A stretch of 64,000 nt of DNA from Lama glama (taxonomy: Eukaryota): NCBI GenBank assembly GCA_028534125.1, contig CM052817.1:30754001-30818000 (forward strand). Direction: 5' to 3'. Position numbers and translations under genes: made by a program. Positions within the stretch are counted from its first letter, which is position 1. Each line of letters begins with the position of its first letter. Positions 1 through 14,459 of this stretch are shown piece by piece. Below the pieces are notes generated by a model. It was not told the DNA's origin, made no database searches, and worked only from the letters and a program-made list of their open reading frames with translations.

Positions 1-462
1 TGAAGCTGAACCAGCAGAAAGGAGGGAATAAGGGACCTGAACAAAATGTGTATTTCTTTTCATCTATTTTTTTCTACAGTGAGCCTCCATTTCTGCATAA
101 GCTAGATGAGGTGCTAAAAACGTTCTCTCTGTAGGTGGTTAGCCTCTGCTTTCATGTTCATGATGCAGCTGTCCCTTTCCATGTTATTTCTGAGAATTAC
201 AGAAATAGGCCAAAATCACATACAGTTTGAATAGGAAAAAACAAACAAAGGAATGTCTTCTCATATTGAGTCTCATTTCCAAATTATAGCATTTTACATG
301 GATTAAATATTTATAATATGGATTATGAGAATAGTAGATTAAAGAACTTTATTTAGGTCAAGCATGTGGAGATGATATCAATATACTCATATTGGTCGTT
401 TTTTATAAAGGACTAGAATTGGACTAAAGAAAAGGGCTAAAAAAGACTACAACACACACTAA

Positions 463-532
463 CATATATGATATATATATATATAGTGTGTGTGTGTATA
501 TATGTGTATATATATATATATGCTATATATAC
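463..532. repeat. Compound (TA)n/(TG)n microsatellite
   Basis: atatatatat...gtgtgtgtgtgtatatatgtgtatatatatatata. Confidence 0.9.
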
Positions 533-1339
533 ATGAAATCATTTAGTATTAGAACATTTGGATATACAAATTAAGCTGAACCTGACTAGTTTCTATGGCC
601 AACAGTGCCCACAGAATAAACAGAAAAATGTTTACAGAAAGTTATTTCTTCTTTTCTTCACTGATACCACAGTTTCTAAGACTTTACCTTTTTCTTCCTG
701 AATTAGTTCATTAGCCATGAAGGTAATTTGCTCTGTGGTCTCTTTCTCCTACTGTCTTTCATGCATGTTTTCTCACAATCCCTTTGCTCGTATGCTGTTC
801 TGTGCATAAATGACTTCATCCCGGCTAAACTCTGTATTTCCCTTTCAACATTTTCTTTGCCTCTTACAAACTGGTCCATCTTGGGCAAGTATATAAAGCT
901 TTCCATACCTCTAGTCATTTCATCTGTAAAATGAGGTTTAAAAAATATTGCCTCCCACTGTGACCAATTAAAGATGCATATTATCCTGTAGAGTATCTTT
1001 CGGGCAACTGCTAAAAAAACTTAAATGAAGATGAATAGTTAGTAACCCCATAATGGACATAAAATAGAATGCTAAAAATTTAGTTAATTGAAAAGAAGGC
1101 AGGCAAAGGAAAAAAAAAAGAGAAGAGAAGAACAAATAGAAAACAAACAGCAATGAGAAAGATTTTAACTTAACCATATCATTATTTATATTAAATATAA
1201 ACCATATATAAACAGCAGTGAAAAGGCAGACAGTGTCAGAAAGATGTCTATGAGAAATACATTTTAGGTGAAAATATGCAGATAGGTTAAAGGGGAGTGA
1301 TGGAAAAAGATGCAACCTTTGAACTCTAATAATACGAAA

Positions 1340-1800
1340 TCCACAGTAGTTACATTTTAGACTAAATGAAAATGAAAATTCCACAAATCAAAATTGTGGC
1401 ATGTAGCTAAAGCAGTGCTGAGAGAGAAACTTACTTAAAGCTTTAAATCCTTGTTTTAGAAGAAGAAAAAGAAGAAAGATCCCGAAACAGTGATCTCGGC
1501 TTCCATCTTAAGCAAGGAAGAGAAGAGAAAATTAAACCAAGTGAACCCCAAGGAAGGAAATAATAAAGATAAAAGAGAAAATCCATGAAATAAAAAAAAA
1601 ACCTGTACCGAGATTAATCTATCTAAACTAATCAAAGTAAAAGATAAGACACCCATGATCTGTATCATTCCTAAAAGAAGAGCTATTACTTCATCTCAAA
1701 AACCTGCTGAGCAGAAGAAACTAGCTGCAAAACCTGGGTATTATACAATTCCATTTGTATGAAATTCTGGATTAGGCAAGTCTAGTTCAGCATATAGAAA
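1340..1800 (+). mobile_element. Ancient L1 (L1M-type) ORF2 and 3' fragments
   Basis: aatgaaaatgaaaat...caaaattgtggcatgtagctaaagcagtgctgagagagaaac resembles the L1 ORF2 segment NLWDAAKAVLRGK; A-rich and degenerate. Confidence 0.7.
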
Positions 1801-3499
1801 GCACATCATGGAGCCGATTTCATGAACAATTTTCTTGTTTTATCATATTTCAGTGTATTCCTCCTGGAATGTTCCGATGTAACTGGTGATGGAGAAAAAA
1901 CCTCTAATTCCCAGGAAGGGGAAGCAATGCCAAGGATTTGTTCGTATCACTATGTGGGACTCTTGGCTTTTCTTTCTCTCTTGATCTTGCCGGCCTCTGC
2001 CTCCTCTTCTGCTCCTTTCAGTCTGTATCACCTCAGTGTGGCTTTGATTCTATTGCCTTGATTAGGTAAATTGCTTAAGTACAATGCTGTATATTGGGCA
2101 ATAGTAGCGGCCTACTGGCAAACTATTTATTGTAGTAAAAACTAAACATATTAGTGAAAAATAAAAAAGCATTAGTGATACAAACATACTTAATGAACCA
2201 AGACTTTGAACGCTCCACAAAAATACCTCAATAAAATTTTCCTAGCATTTGGGAAAAGAGATTGGGGCAACCCTTCTTAGACCAGCCATAGAATTAATGA
2301 TTTCCTGATGCTGGTCATGGATTTCCCCAGGCATAGAATATGTTTTAATGGGTAACTAAACTATCATAGCTATTTCTCTCATCTCTTATAAATATTTATT
2401 CAGTGTTGTGATGGATTTTATAGCAAAAAAAAAACCTGGTTTCTCATATTTATAAGAGGAAAGTCATACTCATATGAATTAAATCTGCCTCACTCCAATA
2501 GAGGGTGACTCTTGGGGTTCTGCAGTAAATTTCAACTCTTAGCACACTCATCCCTTGCTGCAAAGTAGCCACAGTGTAGCAACAGCCCTCGTGTGGGACA
2601 ATTAAAGATGGACTATCTCTAGGTGAGCTAATATGTCTCATAAACTTTGAGCCCTAAGCAGGGCTATTCATAGTGATTGGATTTTCCATGAGGGTATTTT
2701 TGGCAAAAGGCAGATCACAGGTACACAATGTCAAAATCACTCCATAGGCAGTGAACGTCCAACATCATTTGTTTCCAAATATATCATTCCTTCCCACCTA
2801 TCTCCCCACCTCTCTGTCTCCTCTCCCACCCAAAGGTACAGAAATTACATATCCTCTTCAGTCCACGGCAGGTCCACACCAGAGCCTGCTGTCTACAGCA
2901 ATGACCATTAAAGAAGCGTTGTGGACCATCACTAGCAAAGCAGACTCAAACATGAAGTAAATGCATTTATTTAACTGGCAAATACTTTCCCACTGTCTAT
3001 GATGGGCCAAATGCTGTCGGAATGTTATATAAAATGGTGATATGACAGACACTGTGCCTGCCTTCGAGGGACTTATTGTTGAATGAGAGAAACTAGAATA
3101 GCAATTATAAATAATTAATTAAGCACCACGACTTATCAGGTGCAATGGGAGTCACCATGCATGTAGCTATCTTGGATTTTGCGAGTCAATTTAAGACTTC
3201 CTAGAGAAAGAGATATTTAACGAAGGTCCGATTGTGATTAGAAGGAAAAGCTTTCCCTGGAAAAGAATATACTAAGTGTTCAGAGACTCCAGGCAAGAAG
3301 AGATAATCAACCTTCCAGGAGTAGAAAAGAAGTCAGCATAGAAGAAAAAAAATTTAAAGCAGGAAGATAAATATAGAAAAACGGACAGATGGATATAGAT
3401 AGTCTAGCTTTACTTTTCAAGTATATAAATCATTGTCTCGCTTTCAAGCATCCAATTTTTGAAAAGTATATTGAAAAGCCTGCTAAAAATTCCACATCT

Positions 3500-4232
3500 T
3501 TTGCCTAGATGATTGTTCCCTGCATAATCTCCTAACTGATCTCCACACCTCCTGCTCCCCCCCCACAGTCTCTCCCTGACACCAAGCCAAGGGTGGCCCA
3601 GTTTATATTTCTTTCCAAAATGCAAATTTGATCACAACGCTTCATTGCTTAGCAGATGCCATGTCCTCAAGATCAAGACCACAAACCATCACCCGTCCTG
3701 GGTGGCTGACTCCTGCTCGGGATCCCTGCAGCCTCCGGTCACTGTGTGCTCCTTTTTTCCCATGATGTCTGCTTCTCACTACCATGGCTTTTCTTTCAGT
3801 TCCTGGAAATTATAATGTCCCCTACTGCCACATGACCTTTGCACAACTTGTCCTCTCAGCCCAAAGCCTCCTTCTGCCTTATTTTTACTTTCTCTATTCT
3901 AGCTCCTCTCAATTATGCCTTCTTTCTGGAATCCCCCTGACCACTCACCCACATCCCAACCCAGGAACGGTCAAATCCTTGCTTTTACAGCGGCATACAA
4001 CTTCTCTTTCATGATACTATTACCATTTAGTTTATGTATTTAGCTGTATAGTTATTAGTGCTTGTCTCCTGAAGTAGGTCACAAGGATAATGAAGGCAGG
4101 GACCCTATATGCTCTAAAAGCCAAAAGGACAGGGATTGTTTTGTGTTTTACTTATTACTGTGTCCCCAGCTCTCAGCACTGTGCTTGGTACGTAGTTGGG
4201 GCTCAATAAATATTTCTTGATTGAAGGAATTA
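3500..4232 (+). mobile_element. L2 LINE 3' fragment
   Basis: Ends cagcactgtgcttggtacgtagttggggctcaataaatatttcttgattgaaggaat, the typical L2 3' terminus; pyrimidine-rich body. Confidence 0.8.
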
Positions 4233-6769
4233 GTGTCATATTCAAGAAAGCTGGTTTCAAGTTTTTAATATCCTTTAGGAGAAATTACAGGAAGATTGAC
4301 CTGTGGTCAGACTAATAAGTGGCTTGAAACCAAAGCTAAAGTTCTGTCTCTGCTTTTGCAAAACCATCTCAACGGCCATGGTTTTAAAGCCTCTTTGTGC
4401 TCACAGTCACACACTTGGCCTTGGAAGAAAACTGAAAGGACCATTTTCTGATTGCTTAAGTCCAATGTTCCTTCTGGAGAGTCTTATTATTTCTGAGTGC
4501 AATCTGTTTCACATAATATATCCATTGCTTTAGATTTCATCATTAAGTGTTTCTGCAGTGCTGGGGCAGGGGAGGATTAGGCAAATTAGCCAGAGTTTGG
4601 ATGCAGGAAATATTTCTTATTTTCAAATGAACCATGCAATGCTATGATACAATAAAAGAACTAATATCTGGGGTTGGATGGCCCAATTTATATTTCTGTC
4701 ATGCTACCAAATCTCCAGAAACCCGTACAAACTACTAAACTTTTAAATAAAGTTGACTATTGGAAGGGATTTAAGGACACTGGGCGTCTTCTAGCTGACA
4801 AGTACAATACCTGAAAACCATTACTGATTTCTCTGGCAGAGCAAAACAAATTTTTATAGCTCATAGAACCAGAATGCCATATTTAGATATAATGTTTTCT
4901 TCTTTTCCTTTTTTAAAAAAATTTACAATTTAATTTGACAAACAGCTTCTGGTCTACTGCTTCGTAAAGAGAAGTTTAATGAGTTTTCATATATTTAGAA
5001 CTTCGGTTGATTTTACTTGCTTTGATTTACTAAATCATATATTTATTGGATCTTTAACTGTGATATTGAAGAAGAGTAAAAATCAATTCATGAAATAATG
5101 CTGATCTCATTGGGAAAGTATCATTTAGGTTTAACTTCTCTCTTTTTTTTTTTTTTACAGTTTTGCTTTGTTCCCTTTTTGACAATGTGAATAGAATCAC
5201 TGTTTATACATTATATGCTAACTTTCTCTCTTGACATTTCCCTGTTGATGTGAAAGATAGCATAATAACACAGATCCTCACCTTAGCATTACTATTAAAA
5301 TCCTCCTATGCCCTTAGGCTGTCTTAGAACCTCCATGAAAATGTTGCCTCTTTTTGGTTTGTACCAAAATTGCTTTAAAAAAAGGATAAGAGACCATTTT
5401 GAGAAGAGAGCTTTTTGGTTTTTAATTTAGTTCAAAATGGCAATCTGAGCTCACTCTATTCCTAAAGAGGCCGTTAAAAGGTTTTTATAAGCTAAAATTT
5501 CATGGTAATGAACAAAGAATGGAGCCATTAATGAATTGAAAATCTCAACAAAGTTCTGGAATGAAAGGAAGTTTGTAAGTCAGGGTAGCCTGAAGAAGCT
5601 GGATGGAAATGGCCACCATCTAGGACATGTTCTGAGCCCCCGGACGCTGAGCAGGAAGTCAGCATGCCTGCAGAGCCCTGGGGAGACTCCAAGGCAAGAG
5701 TGAGAAGTGTTGATAGTTCCTTCAGGAAAAATTCCATCTTGCTTTGCCTTCCCGATCCCTCTGCTTAGTATCTTCCTACCTTATTTCTTTCAAGCCCTTA
5801 TTTAGATACCATTCTATCAAAGAGATATTCCTGACTTTTTTGTCTGAACAAGACCTATCTCTCCCCTTTCCCTCAATGCCGTCACTCTATGTCTTCCACT
5901 CTCGCTTTGATTTTCTTCACGATACCTAACGTATTGTGTATCTCCATGTTCTAATCTGCTCAGTGCCACTCTTAACAAAAAAGGTAACCATCATAAAAGC
6001 AATCTGTCTGTTTGGTTAACTAATCTGTAGACCATTAATAACAATGTGTGGATTAAGTAAATAAATAATTGAACTGTGAATATGAAATTCTGATGTGACC
6101 TTCACTCCAGCTTCATACTTCCCCACTACAATGTTCAGAGTATCTGGTAGCCAGATGTTTACTCCGTTTGGTTCTGTGAGGAAAGGGAGTTTTCTAAAGA
6201 ATGAATAAATGGTCAAAAGCAAACTGCAGCAACTAGTGTCGATGTTCGTGCTTTGTGCAAATGAGTCTTTCCTAACGTAACAGCCACCTCCCTATCAATT
6301 GACTCAAATCTACCAACTTCTAGTAAGCTTATTTCTTTCATTCTTAAACACAATGATGAATCAAAATTAGCTGTATAATTGAAGAAAGCATGTGGGATAA
6401 CAATGATCAAGCAGAACGAACAAACACTTTACTCTGGAAGAAACAAAGAACGTAATAATAAAACATTTTAACAAAATCTAATTTATATCCCTAAAGAGGT
6501 TTGAGAAGATATTGCATGCTCAGAACTAGAGCAAGAGGCTATGAAGAGGAACAAAAACAATAAAGAGCTCTTCATAATTAAAAATATACCAGCTGAAATT
6601 TAGAAAGAAAGCCCAAACAAGGAAAAAGTAAAATCAAGGGACTCCTCCACAATATAATTAAGAAAGAGAGAAAAAGAGATAAAGAAGATTGGTCCAGGAG
6701 GTTCAAGCTTCGATTATTAGGGATTCCAGAAATATGGCTCACAAAATTTTTCCCATTATTCCAGTTTCT

Positions 6770-7180
6770 AGTCCAGGATCACAGATAGCATTTAGTGGTC
6801 ATGTCTTTTTAACCTGGAGCATTTCGTCACTATTTGACTTTCATGATCTTGATATTTTTTATGAAGCAGGCAACCTATTTTATAGACTAGCTCTCAATTT
6901 GAGTTTGTTTGATGTTTTCTCATAATTAAATTCAAGTTATGCCTTTTTGGCAGAGATATTACAGAAATAAGACTGTGTTCTCATTGCATCCCATCAGAAG
7001 GCACTTAGAGTTGGTTTGTTCTGTTACTGTGGACATTACTTTGACCATTTGATTAAGGAGGAGGCCTCTAGATTTCTCCATTATAAGTTAGAATTTTCCT
7101 CCCTGCAATTGCAAAATAATTCTTTGACATTACATAAATATCGGGTTTCTCATCAAATTTTTATCCACTAGTCTTAGCAT
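6770..7180 (-). mobile_element. Old L1 (L1MC/L1ME-like) 3' region fragment
   Basis: ccaggatcac...gcatttagtggtcatgtctt...tttttggcagagatattacagaa resembles antisense old L1 3' UTR. Confidence 0.55.
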
Positions 7181-8599
7181 GGAAATACAGTATCTTACGT
7201 GGTAAGAAGGTAAAAGAAAGTTTGAGGGAATATTAAATTTCTGTTTTTATTTCTGTATTCAAGAACTTTCAGTCAGTATCTCAATACTTCAAGAAAATTA
7301 TAGGGAGATTTACAACCAACAAAGTTGACTTCATATGTTCATTGTTATTTGTAATTTCAAAAAAAGGCATCTCTTCTATGTGTGCATTTATTTAGTAATT
7401 TAGGGTATTTCTAACAATAGGTTAATAATCAGTTGTTTCTAATCGTATGTCACTGAATCATTATGAAGCTGAAAATAAAGGTTGTGTTACAGTTTTTTCA
7501 TCTGTACTTTGGAAAGGATTAGTGCTGTTTATCCTATCACGACAAACACTGGGTAATTGTACCCTCTACTTACTGATAATTAAGGGGTAGGGTTATATCA
7601 CATGAAATATGCACAATAAAACCACCCATAACTAGCTTAGTTTGAAAAAAAGATAAGGAAAGAAAACGAGATTAACAGACTGATGTCACCAATGTGTGGC
7701 TCTGAGAAGACCAACAATAATTAGAAATAAAATTAAAATTCCCAAATACAAATGACAGAACAATGATAAATGTCCTCGGGGAAAAGACCAGAAAGATTTA
7801 AAAAATATATAAAATTTGATTTATTTTGCATAAATGATTGTATTAGATCTTTTAACAAGTGGTCCTACAAACTTAAAACAATTACCAGTTACAAAAAAAT
7901 TATCTGTCCAACTTATATGAATGGACATTCCTAGAAAATTTGAATTTATTCTTGAGTAGTGATTTTAAAAAAGGACAGCTTTGTTTTCCTAATGTGTAGC
8001 AAGCACACTCTGTGGAAAAGGGAAGAAAGGGACATTAGCGAAAGCTTTGGCTGGAAGTACAATGAAAGACAAAACTAGAGTGCTTAATAGATGTAATGAG
8101 TAAAGGAGAGTAGTAAAAAGAACAAAATATTGTCTTTCTGGAAAGGCTAGAGCTTGACTGTTGGACTTTTTTTAATGATATTGGTGAGATGCTACTTTTA
8201 GGGGGGAAGGTTTTGAGTTCCATTTTATCACGGTAAGCTTCAGAAACTGGCAGCTTGACTATGAGAGGCAGCCTGCCAGCAGCTGGTTAAAGAGACAGAG
8301 AGATTAATGCTGTTAACATTAAGTCACTTTTTATGCAGACAAATCTATGGCAGTCCAGATGACTCCCAGGGGAAGCAGACAGAGAAGGAGGGTGCAGCAC
8401 CAGGGGTTTCACTTTCCGCACAGATTTCTGCACTTTCTGCACTTATTTCTTCTCCAACCACTGAAATGTCTCTATGAGATGTCTCTTCTTTTTCTACACT
8501 TAGACTAATTCCAAGTGTAGATGCCACTGGAAACATTTCAGTGGTTGGAAAAGAAGTGAAAGTATCATTGTCAGATCTTACGTCACTAACTTTCTAATG

Positions 8600-9180
8600 A
8601 TACTCCTTTCTTAATATCTCTCTCATCTGTCTCTTTTCTCCATCCCTACTGCCTATTCTTTGATGTAAGCCTGAATCATTTCCTGTGTCAGTCAACTAGC
8701 GGTCTCTGCCTCTAGCTTCTTTAACCTCTCTCTATAATCTATTTTCTGCACCACTCTGCTATCAGAGTGATCTTTACAAAATGTTCAGCTGACCAAAGCA
8801 TTCTCCTGAAAAATATTATTCACTGGCTCTCTTATGCCTTCAGATTTGAATCTAAATTATGATACAGACATATTTACTTCTCAGAATTCCCAAGTCCCCT
8901 GTGTTATTAAACATGCAAGCCCTTCTAAAAATGCTGGATACTTTACCTGAAACAGCCTCTCCTCACTTCTTCACCTGAATAAATCCTACTTTGCCTAAAA
9001 AACTTGGATGAAATGCCACCTCTAGGAAGCCTTCCTTTTCCCTAAAATAGGTTTCCTTCCTATGTGCTTATGTAACATTGTAGGTTTTCCTCTGTTCTAT
9101 GTTCTGTCACATTATGATTACCTTGAGCGACTTGCACAGCCTTAAAAATAATAGTTCTCAGTAGTCTTTGTCAAATGAAA
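8600..9180 (+). mobile_element. L2 fragment
   Basis: cagagtgatctttacaaaatg...aaatgccacctctaggaagccttcc motifs typical of the L2 3' region. Confidence 0.65.
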
Positions 9181-10999
9181 GAGGGGGAAAAAAAGAATGA
9201 AGGCCATCCTAGGGAGGCTTCAGAACAGAGGATAATTCTGTACTACAGAGATTAAAAATAAAGAAAACTTATTAAAACAAAGACTTAATCAAAATGACTG
9301 CTGAATATAGCTAGACGATCAGGGAAGACCACAATCATTTCACTGAAATGGAAAGTTTTGCTGATTTTTGGGAAATAAAAAAAGTGTATTCAATTCAATC
9401 TGATACAGCTCATTCATAAAATCTTATTTAATTCAGAGATTCTGCTGTACTTTAATAATGCCATAGTCTGTAAGTGCCCACATAGTAGCATTATGGATAT
9501 CTGTAGACCTATATATACATACTTTATAGAGATAAAACTAACTCCAGACTAATATATCAGAGTTATTTTAATCTGGCATTTAATTTTATTAAGCAGTTGG
9601 ACACTAATAAAAAATGTTTAGTGTTTGTACATGTAAGATTACTAAGAACAACACCATTATAGTAAAGCCTGTAGTGTAGAAAGCAAAGTTTCCAATCAAT
9701 TTTTTTTCCCAAAAATCAACCACCTGCAAAGAAATAATCTAAAACCACCACACAGAGACAGGAAGAATAGGATTAACTTTACTAATATAAAAATGGGGGA
9801 AAGGGGATGTAGGAGGCTAACTTGCCATGACGGTTAATTTGTAACCAAGTCCTGCCCTAGCATTAACTTGGAGAGTCAAAGCTTGAAAAGCCATTCCAAA
9901 ATGATCTTTAAAAAGATGAGGAAATGGGAGATTTTAGGAAGATATCTGGACATGAAGCATGAAAACAGGATAACCAGGGATCAGTAAGCTAGGGGGAGAA
10001 GAAGGAACAGCAGGAAAGAGGGATCTGGAGGTGGACTGGTGAGAACCAGAGAGTGTCATGATTGTCCTTGTCAAGCCTCTGCTTGGTTTCTAGCATGATG
10101 GCTGTGGGCTGATTGGACCATTTAAAGGACTGAGATCAGAACAGACAGGTAGTAAGATATCTTAAGCAAAATTTTAAAAATAGTAGATTTTGTCAACCAG
10201 AGTGGAATGTTATATTTATTATTGTTCACCAAACTGTCCATGTAATACAGAAGCCCGTGTCCTCTTGAGACACATAAAGAGGGTGCCAATAACTAGAAGT
10301 AGCCATGAGCGTGGTTACTTCTGTAGTTTGCAATATTTGTTGCTATTTGCAAATTGAACAAAATTTATTGCTAGCGATGAGTAACAAGAACATTTGTCTC
10401 AATTCTAGGAACACAGGCTTACACGGACAGATATCCACAAAAGTCTTGTCAACCCTTCTTACTTAATGAATTTAAGGCATTTGGTTATTGGACCAGTCTT
10501 CTTGCCAATTCTACTAAAATTCGAGCCATACAATAATATGTAACCAGTAAATCAAGTTTTGGGGAACTTTTCAACTAAAATGAATTTAATCTGTTTCAGT
10601 TCAATATATGTATATATATATATAAAAGAATACAAAAAAAACCTAATTAGACCCAGGAAACTACAAGAATTGAAGTATCCATATATACCAAAGCAATTGT
10701 AATTAAATTTGCTATTTCCATTGTATTGAAGTGAACTTTCCAGAAAAATCTATTGAAAGGTTCCTGGAACATAGTGGCATTTAGTCAGTATAGATTGAAG
10801 TTTGCATAGATGGCAAGTTGCAACTTACCGTTGATCCTCCATTAAACAAAATAAAGTCTATGGTCTTCAGTTTTTAAGAAAATCTCCTATGGGTACTTAG
10901 GGAAGAAGTAAATTTACTGATTCAGGCCACTGGCGTAACATAAATGTTTTGAAAGTGAAAGAGAGGAAGAGGATGCCTATTAACCTGACCGAATTGGAA

Positions 11000-11620
11000 T
11001 CAATGTCTTGAGAGTGACCTTCACTGATGAGTGTCATAAGCTACTGAGCCAATTCATTTTGACCACTGCAATTGACATACATGTACTTGTCCAGAATCCC
11101 TTGGTCAAGGGAATCACCTGCCCTTCCCCTTCAGTAATCCTTTTTAGTCCTGTGGCTCTGATAGGACTGACAAGGTCAGGCATGTCCCAAACATGACCAA
11201 TCTAGGTCCTTTCTCAACCTGGCCAGAGTGACTATTTGAAACATAACCATATAACCAAAGCTGGAACAAACAGAATCTTCCTAGGGACTTTTGACAGAGC
11301 TGTTAAGAAAAATACACTTTCCTTTGGGAATCACACACTCTAAGGACCTCATATTCTTGGTGTTGCCAGAAGCCATCTCTCAGGCATATGAAGCTGTGCC
11401 ATTTGAGAATGAAGACAAGCAGAGATGAGCAGAGCTGAGAGACAGAGTGAGGCAGAAGTCCAACATCGTTTGATACCTGCATCTAGCTGAGCCCTGAACA
11501 AAAAGAAGCTCCTTTTGGTCCTCTCAGCTATGAGAATAGGTGGGCTCCCTTATTTAAGTTTAAATGAGTTTGCATTGGGTATCTGCCACCGAAATTAAAG
11601 GAGAGTGGACTAATTCACCA
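11000..11620 (+). mobile_element. Old MaLR LTR (MLT1-type)
   Basis: gagcagagctgagagacagag...ccttatttaagtttaaatgagtttgcattgggtatctgccac resembles an MLT1 LTR 3' part. Confidence 0.55.
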
Positions 11621-12459
11621 TAAATGGCTTAAACCATTGGCTCCCGAACATTGGGGGTAAAAGTGTGACTATAATAATTCAAAGACCAGCCTCCTTGGAC
11701 CTCATCCTTTACACTTCCAGCTATTTCTACTCCTTCATTCACTTGTGCATCTGGTTTCTCTACAAAGATAAATTAACTTTTTTAATTGATCAGGATTGTG
11801 ACTCTTTCTCTCAGTTCCCCCACAGACTTTAAATCCTTCACGCAGGTTTAGAAGCATATCACTGGGAATTGACAAGCTTCGAGAAAGTGATGCCTCTGAA
11901 ACAGTCCCCAACAGTAAATAAATACATCATCTCTAATATTCCTCACCTCAGCAAAGCAGGCTTGTAACCAAGGCCTCCAGACAATAGTCTCAATTGCTTG
12001 CAGGGTCCCTATCATCTCAGTCCTTTTGCTTTTAACTCACCACCAACGTATAAATTTACATTATTTATCTACCTTAGAACAACTGAGGAAGCTTTGTAGT
12101 CATTGACATTAGGCACTGGTATTTTGAAATACCTTGAGAAAGTGAAGATCTCTTAGTGCTTAAGCCTGTGTTTGAATCATAATCACCTGAAGAACTTGAC
12201 CACCTGTAATCTCCAAGGGTCTCACTCTGGCCCTGCTGGATCAAAGTTTCTGGGGGTGAAGTCTAGGAATTTTCATTTTTAATCAACTTTCCCATTGGCT
12301 TAAGTCTATAATTTGAAACTACCAGTACTGAAACCAGCACATAATTTTGACCACTAACTTAGATAAATTTAAGTTAGTTTATTCTTAATGCTTTACTTCT
12401 ACTCTGGCATTGTCTAAGTTTGAAGTGAATGTGGATTACCCGAGTCTTGTTACAACACA

Positions 12460-12552
12460 CAGCTCTGGGCTGGGCCTGAGATCCTGCATTCTCAACGAGC
12501 TCCCAGGAAGTGCTGATGCTTTATGTCCATGGACTACACTTTGAATAGGGCA
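12460..12552 (+). mobile_element. MER5A-like hAT fragment
   Basis: gggcctgagatcctgcattctcaacgagctcccagg...gctgatgct...ccatggactacactttgaatag. Confidence 0.75.
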
Positions 12553-14459
12553 GCTCTGGGGCTCCCCACAAAGAATGTGAAACAAATCAACAAAAATGCA
12601 TACGAGTAAGAAGAGTAAGTAGGAAATCTGGGCGATGGAAAAATAAAAGTAGAACAACATAGATGAGAGTATCACATGGAAACACAGGTTGCCTCACACT
12701 TCACAGTGGCAGGAGAACGCTGCAATTCTATTTTCCTGGCAACTAAGTCAAATAAGAAAAAAACACACCCTCCCAATTTTCCCAGGATGCGTAAAAAGCA
12801 AAACAAGCCTTAAAAAGAAGCACAGATCTGTGAACACTGTGAGATACAATGTATATCATATTTTTGTCTGCCTTTTTCTTACTTTAGCTCTCATATCAGG
12901 TTCCAGGGCATAATAAGGAGATGTAATTGAGAAAGACTAGCTCTATTGGAGTTAAAAATTTCTGGTCAAAATATGCAATTCTCTGGTGACTTTGCTTTGT
13001 ACAAATGTAAGATTTATAATAGCTGAAGAAATGGATGGAATGCCCTCCAAGCAGTTTAGATGCCAGGGAAATTTGGAAAATCCTAAAAGGACTACTAAAT
13101 TCTTCTATTCTTCCTTGAAAAAGGACAAAATTGTCTTAGCATTATCACGTTTGTCAGGTGTGAGGTAAAAATAGTACATTAGCAGTGACATGTAAAACAA
13201 AATGGGAAATCAGATCCCACAAACTGTGAGTTACTGGGCTGTGGCACTTAAGTTTCCTATTACTTTTTTTTTTTAATTCCCACCAAGAGAAGTAACCCCT
13301 TCCTCTTCTACTTTGGGTCATATATACATTAGCACATTATTTCTTTGATCTGAACTGTATAATTCAGAGATCTTTGGTTCTAAAAAACCAGAACCAGCTT
13401 AAGCTAGCTTATCTAAAAAGGGCATGTTTCCTATATGGATTTAGAGGCACACGTGATATTCAAATTATTTAACAACTCCCAAATCTCAGCCTTCTTTGCC
13501 ATGAGCCTAACTATTCCTCCAGTGATTATGTATCATTGTGTTTGTAAGAAAGATATTTTTAAAATGAGCATGACTGGAGGGTAGAAAACAGTTAAAAACG
13601 AATACAGCATGGGTGCCCATTAATGTGAATAGACTACAGTCATAAACAGACTGACGTTTCTGCTCTAGTGAAGTCAGCTGAATTCCAGCCCTGTGCAGGG
13701 GTTCGATGCTCACCACGACTGGGGCTGACGTGGGCCTCAGGAAAGGAATGGAACCTGGTATTAAAAATCCAACAGGCCTCCTTCTCCATTTCTCAGAGTC
13801 GCTCCTGTCTGCCTGCCTGCTGCATTCTTTTCTCTCACATAATGTTCTGCTTCTTAGTCTACATGACAAGTAGTGGATGCTAACGCACAAATTCTCAAGT
13901 TAAAAATCTCCCACAGAACGATAAGTTCTTTATTCAAATTCAGAATTTGCAGAAGAAAGGAGTTGGTCACCCCTGCTGCAGTCAGACGATTCTCTCCTAG
14001 TCCAGTCTGCTGCAGCTAAGGGTGCTGGGTCGTGTTGTATACAAAAGGCTATTAAAAATTCAAGTGGTTCCTATGCATGTTGTGTTTTATGTACCATGAA
14101 ATGTATTCCTTTCGCTATTTTTATTTTCTTCTTTTATCTTGATTCATTCACTTCGTATCGTACTATTTTCTGAAGTTCTACAGTCTCCCCGATTTTTCTG
14201 AAGTTGATAATCATGTCTCTGAGACGTTTCATATCTTTAGCTTGTTAAGCCAGGATGAAAAACCTGTAATCTTGGATACTTGGCTTCTTCTCTGGAGACA
14301 CATATGAATTTAAGTAAATATAAATATCTTTCACACTGAACAGCATCCCAAGACCATATGTTAATAGGTGACCAACCTTTTAAAGATGGTCCTGAGCCAA
14401 TAACTCAGATAACACAGAAGCAGTCTCTCTAACCATCCTCCCCTTGAAGTGACTGTTTT

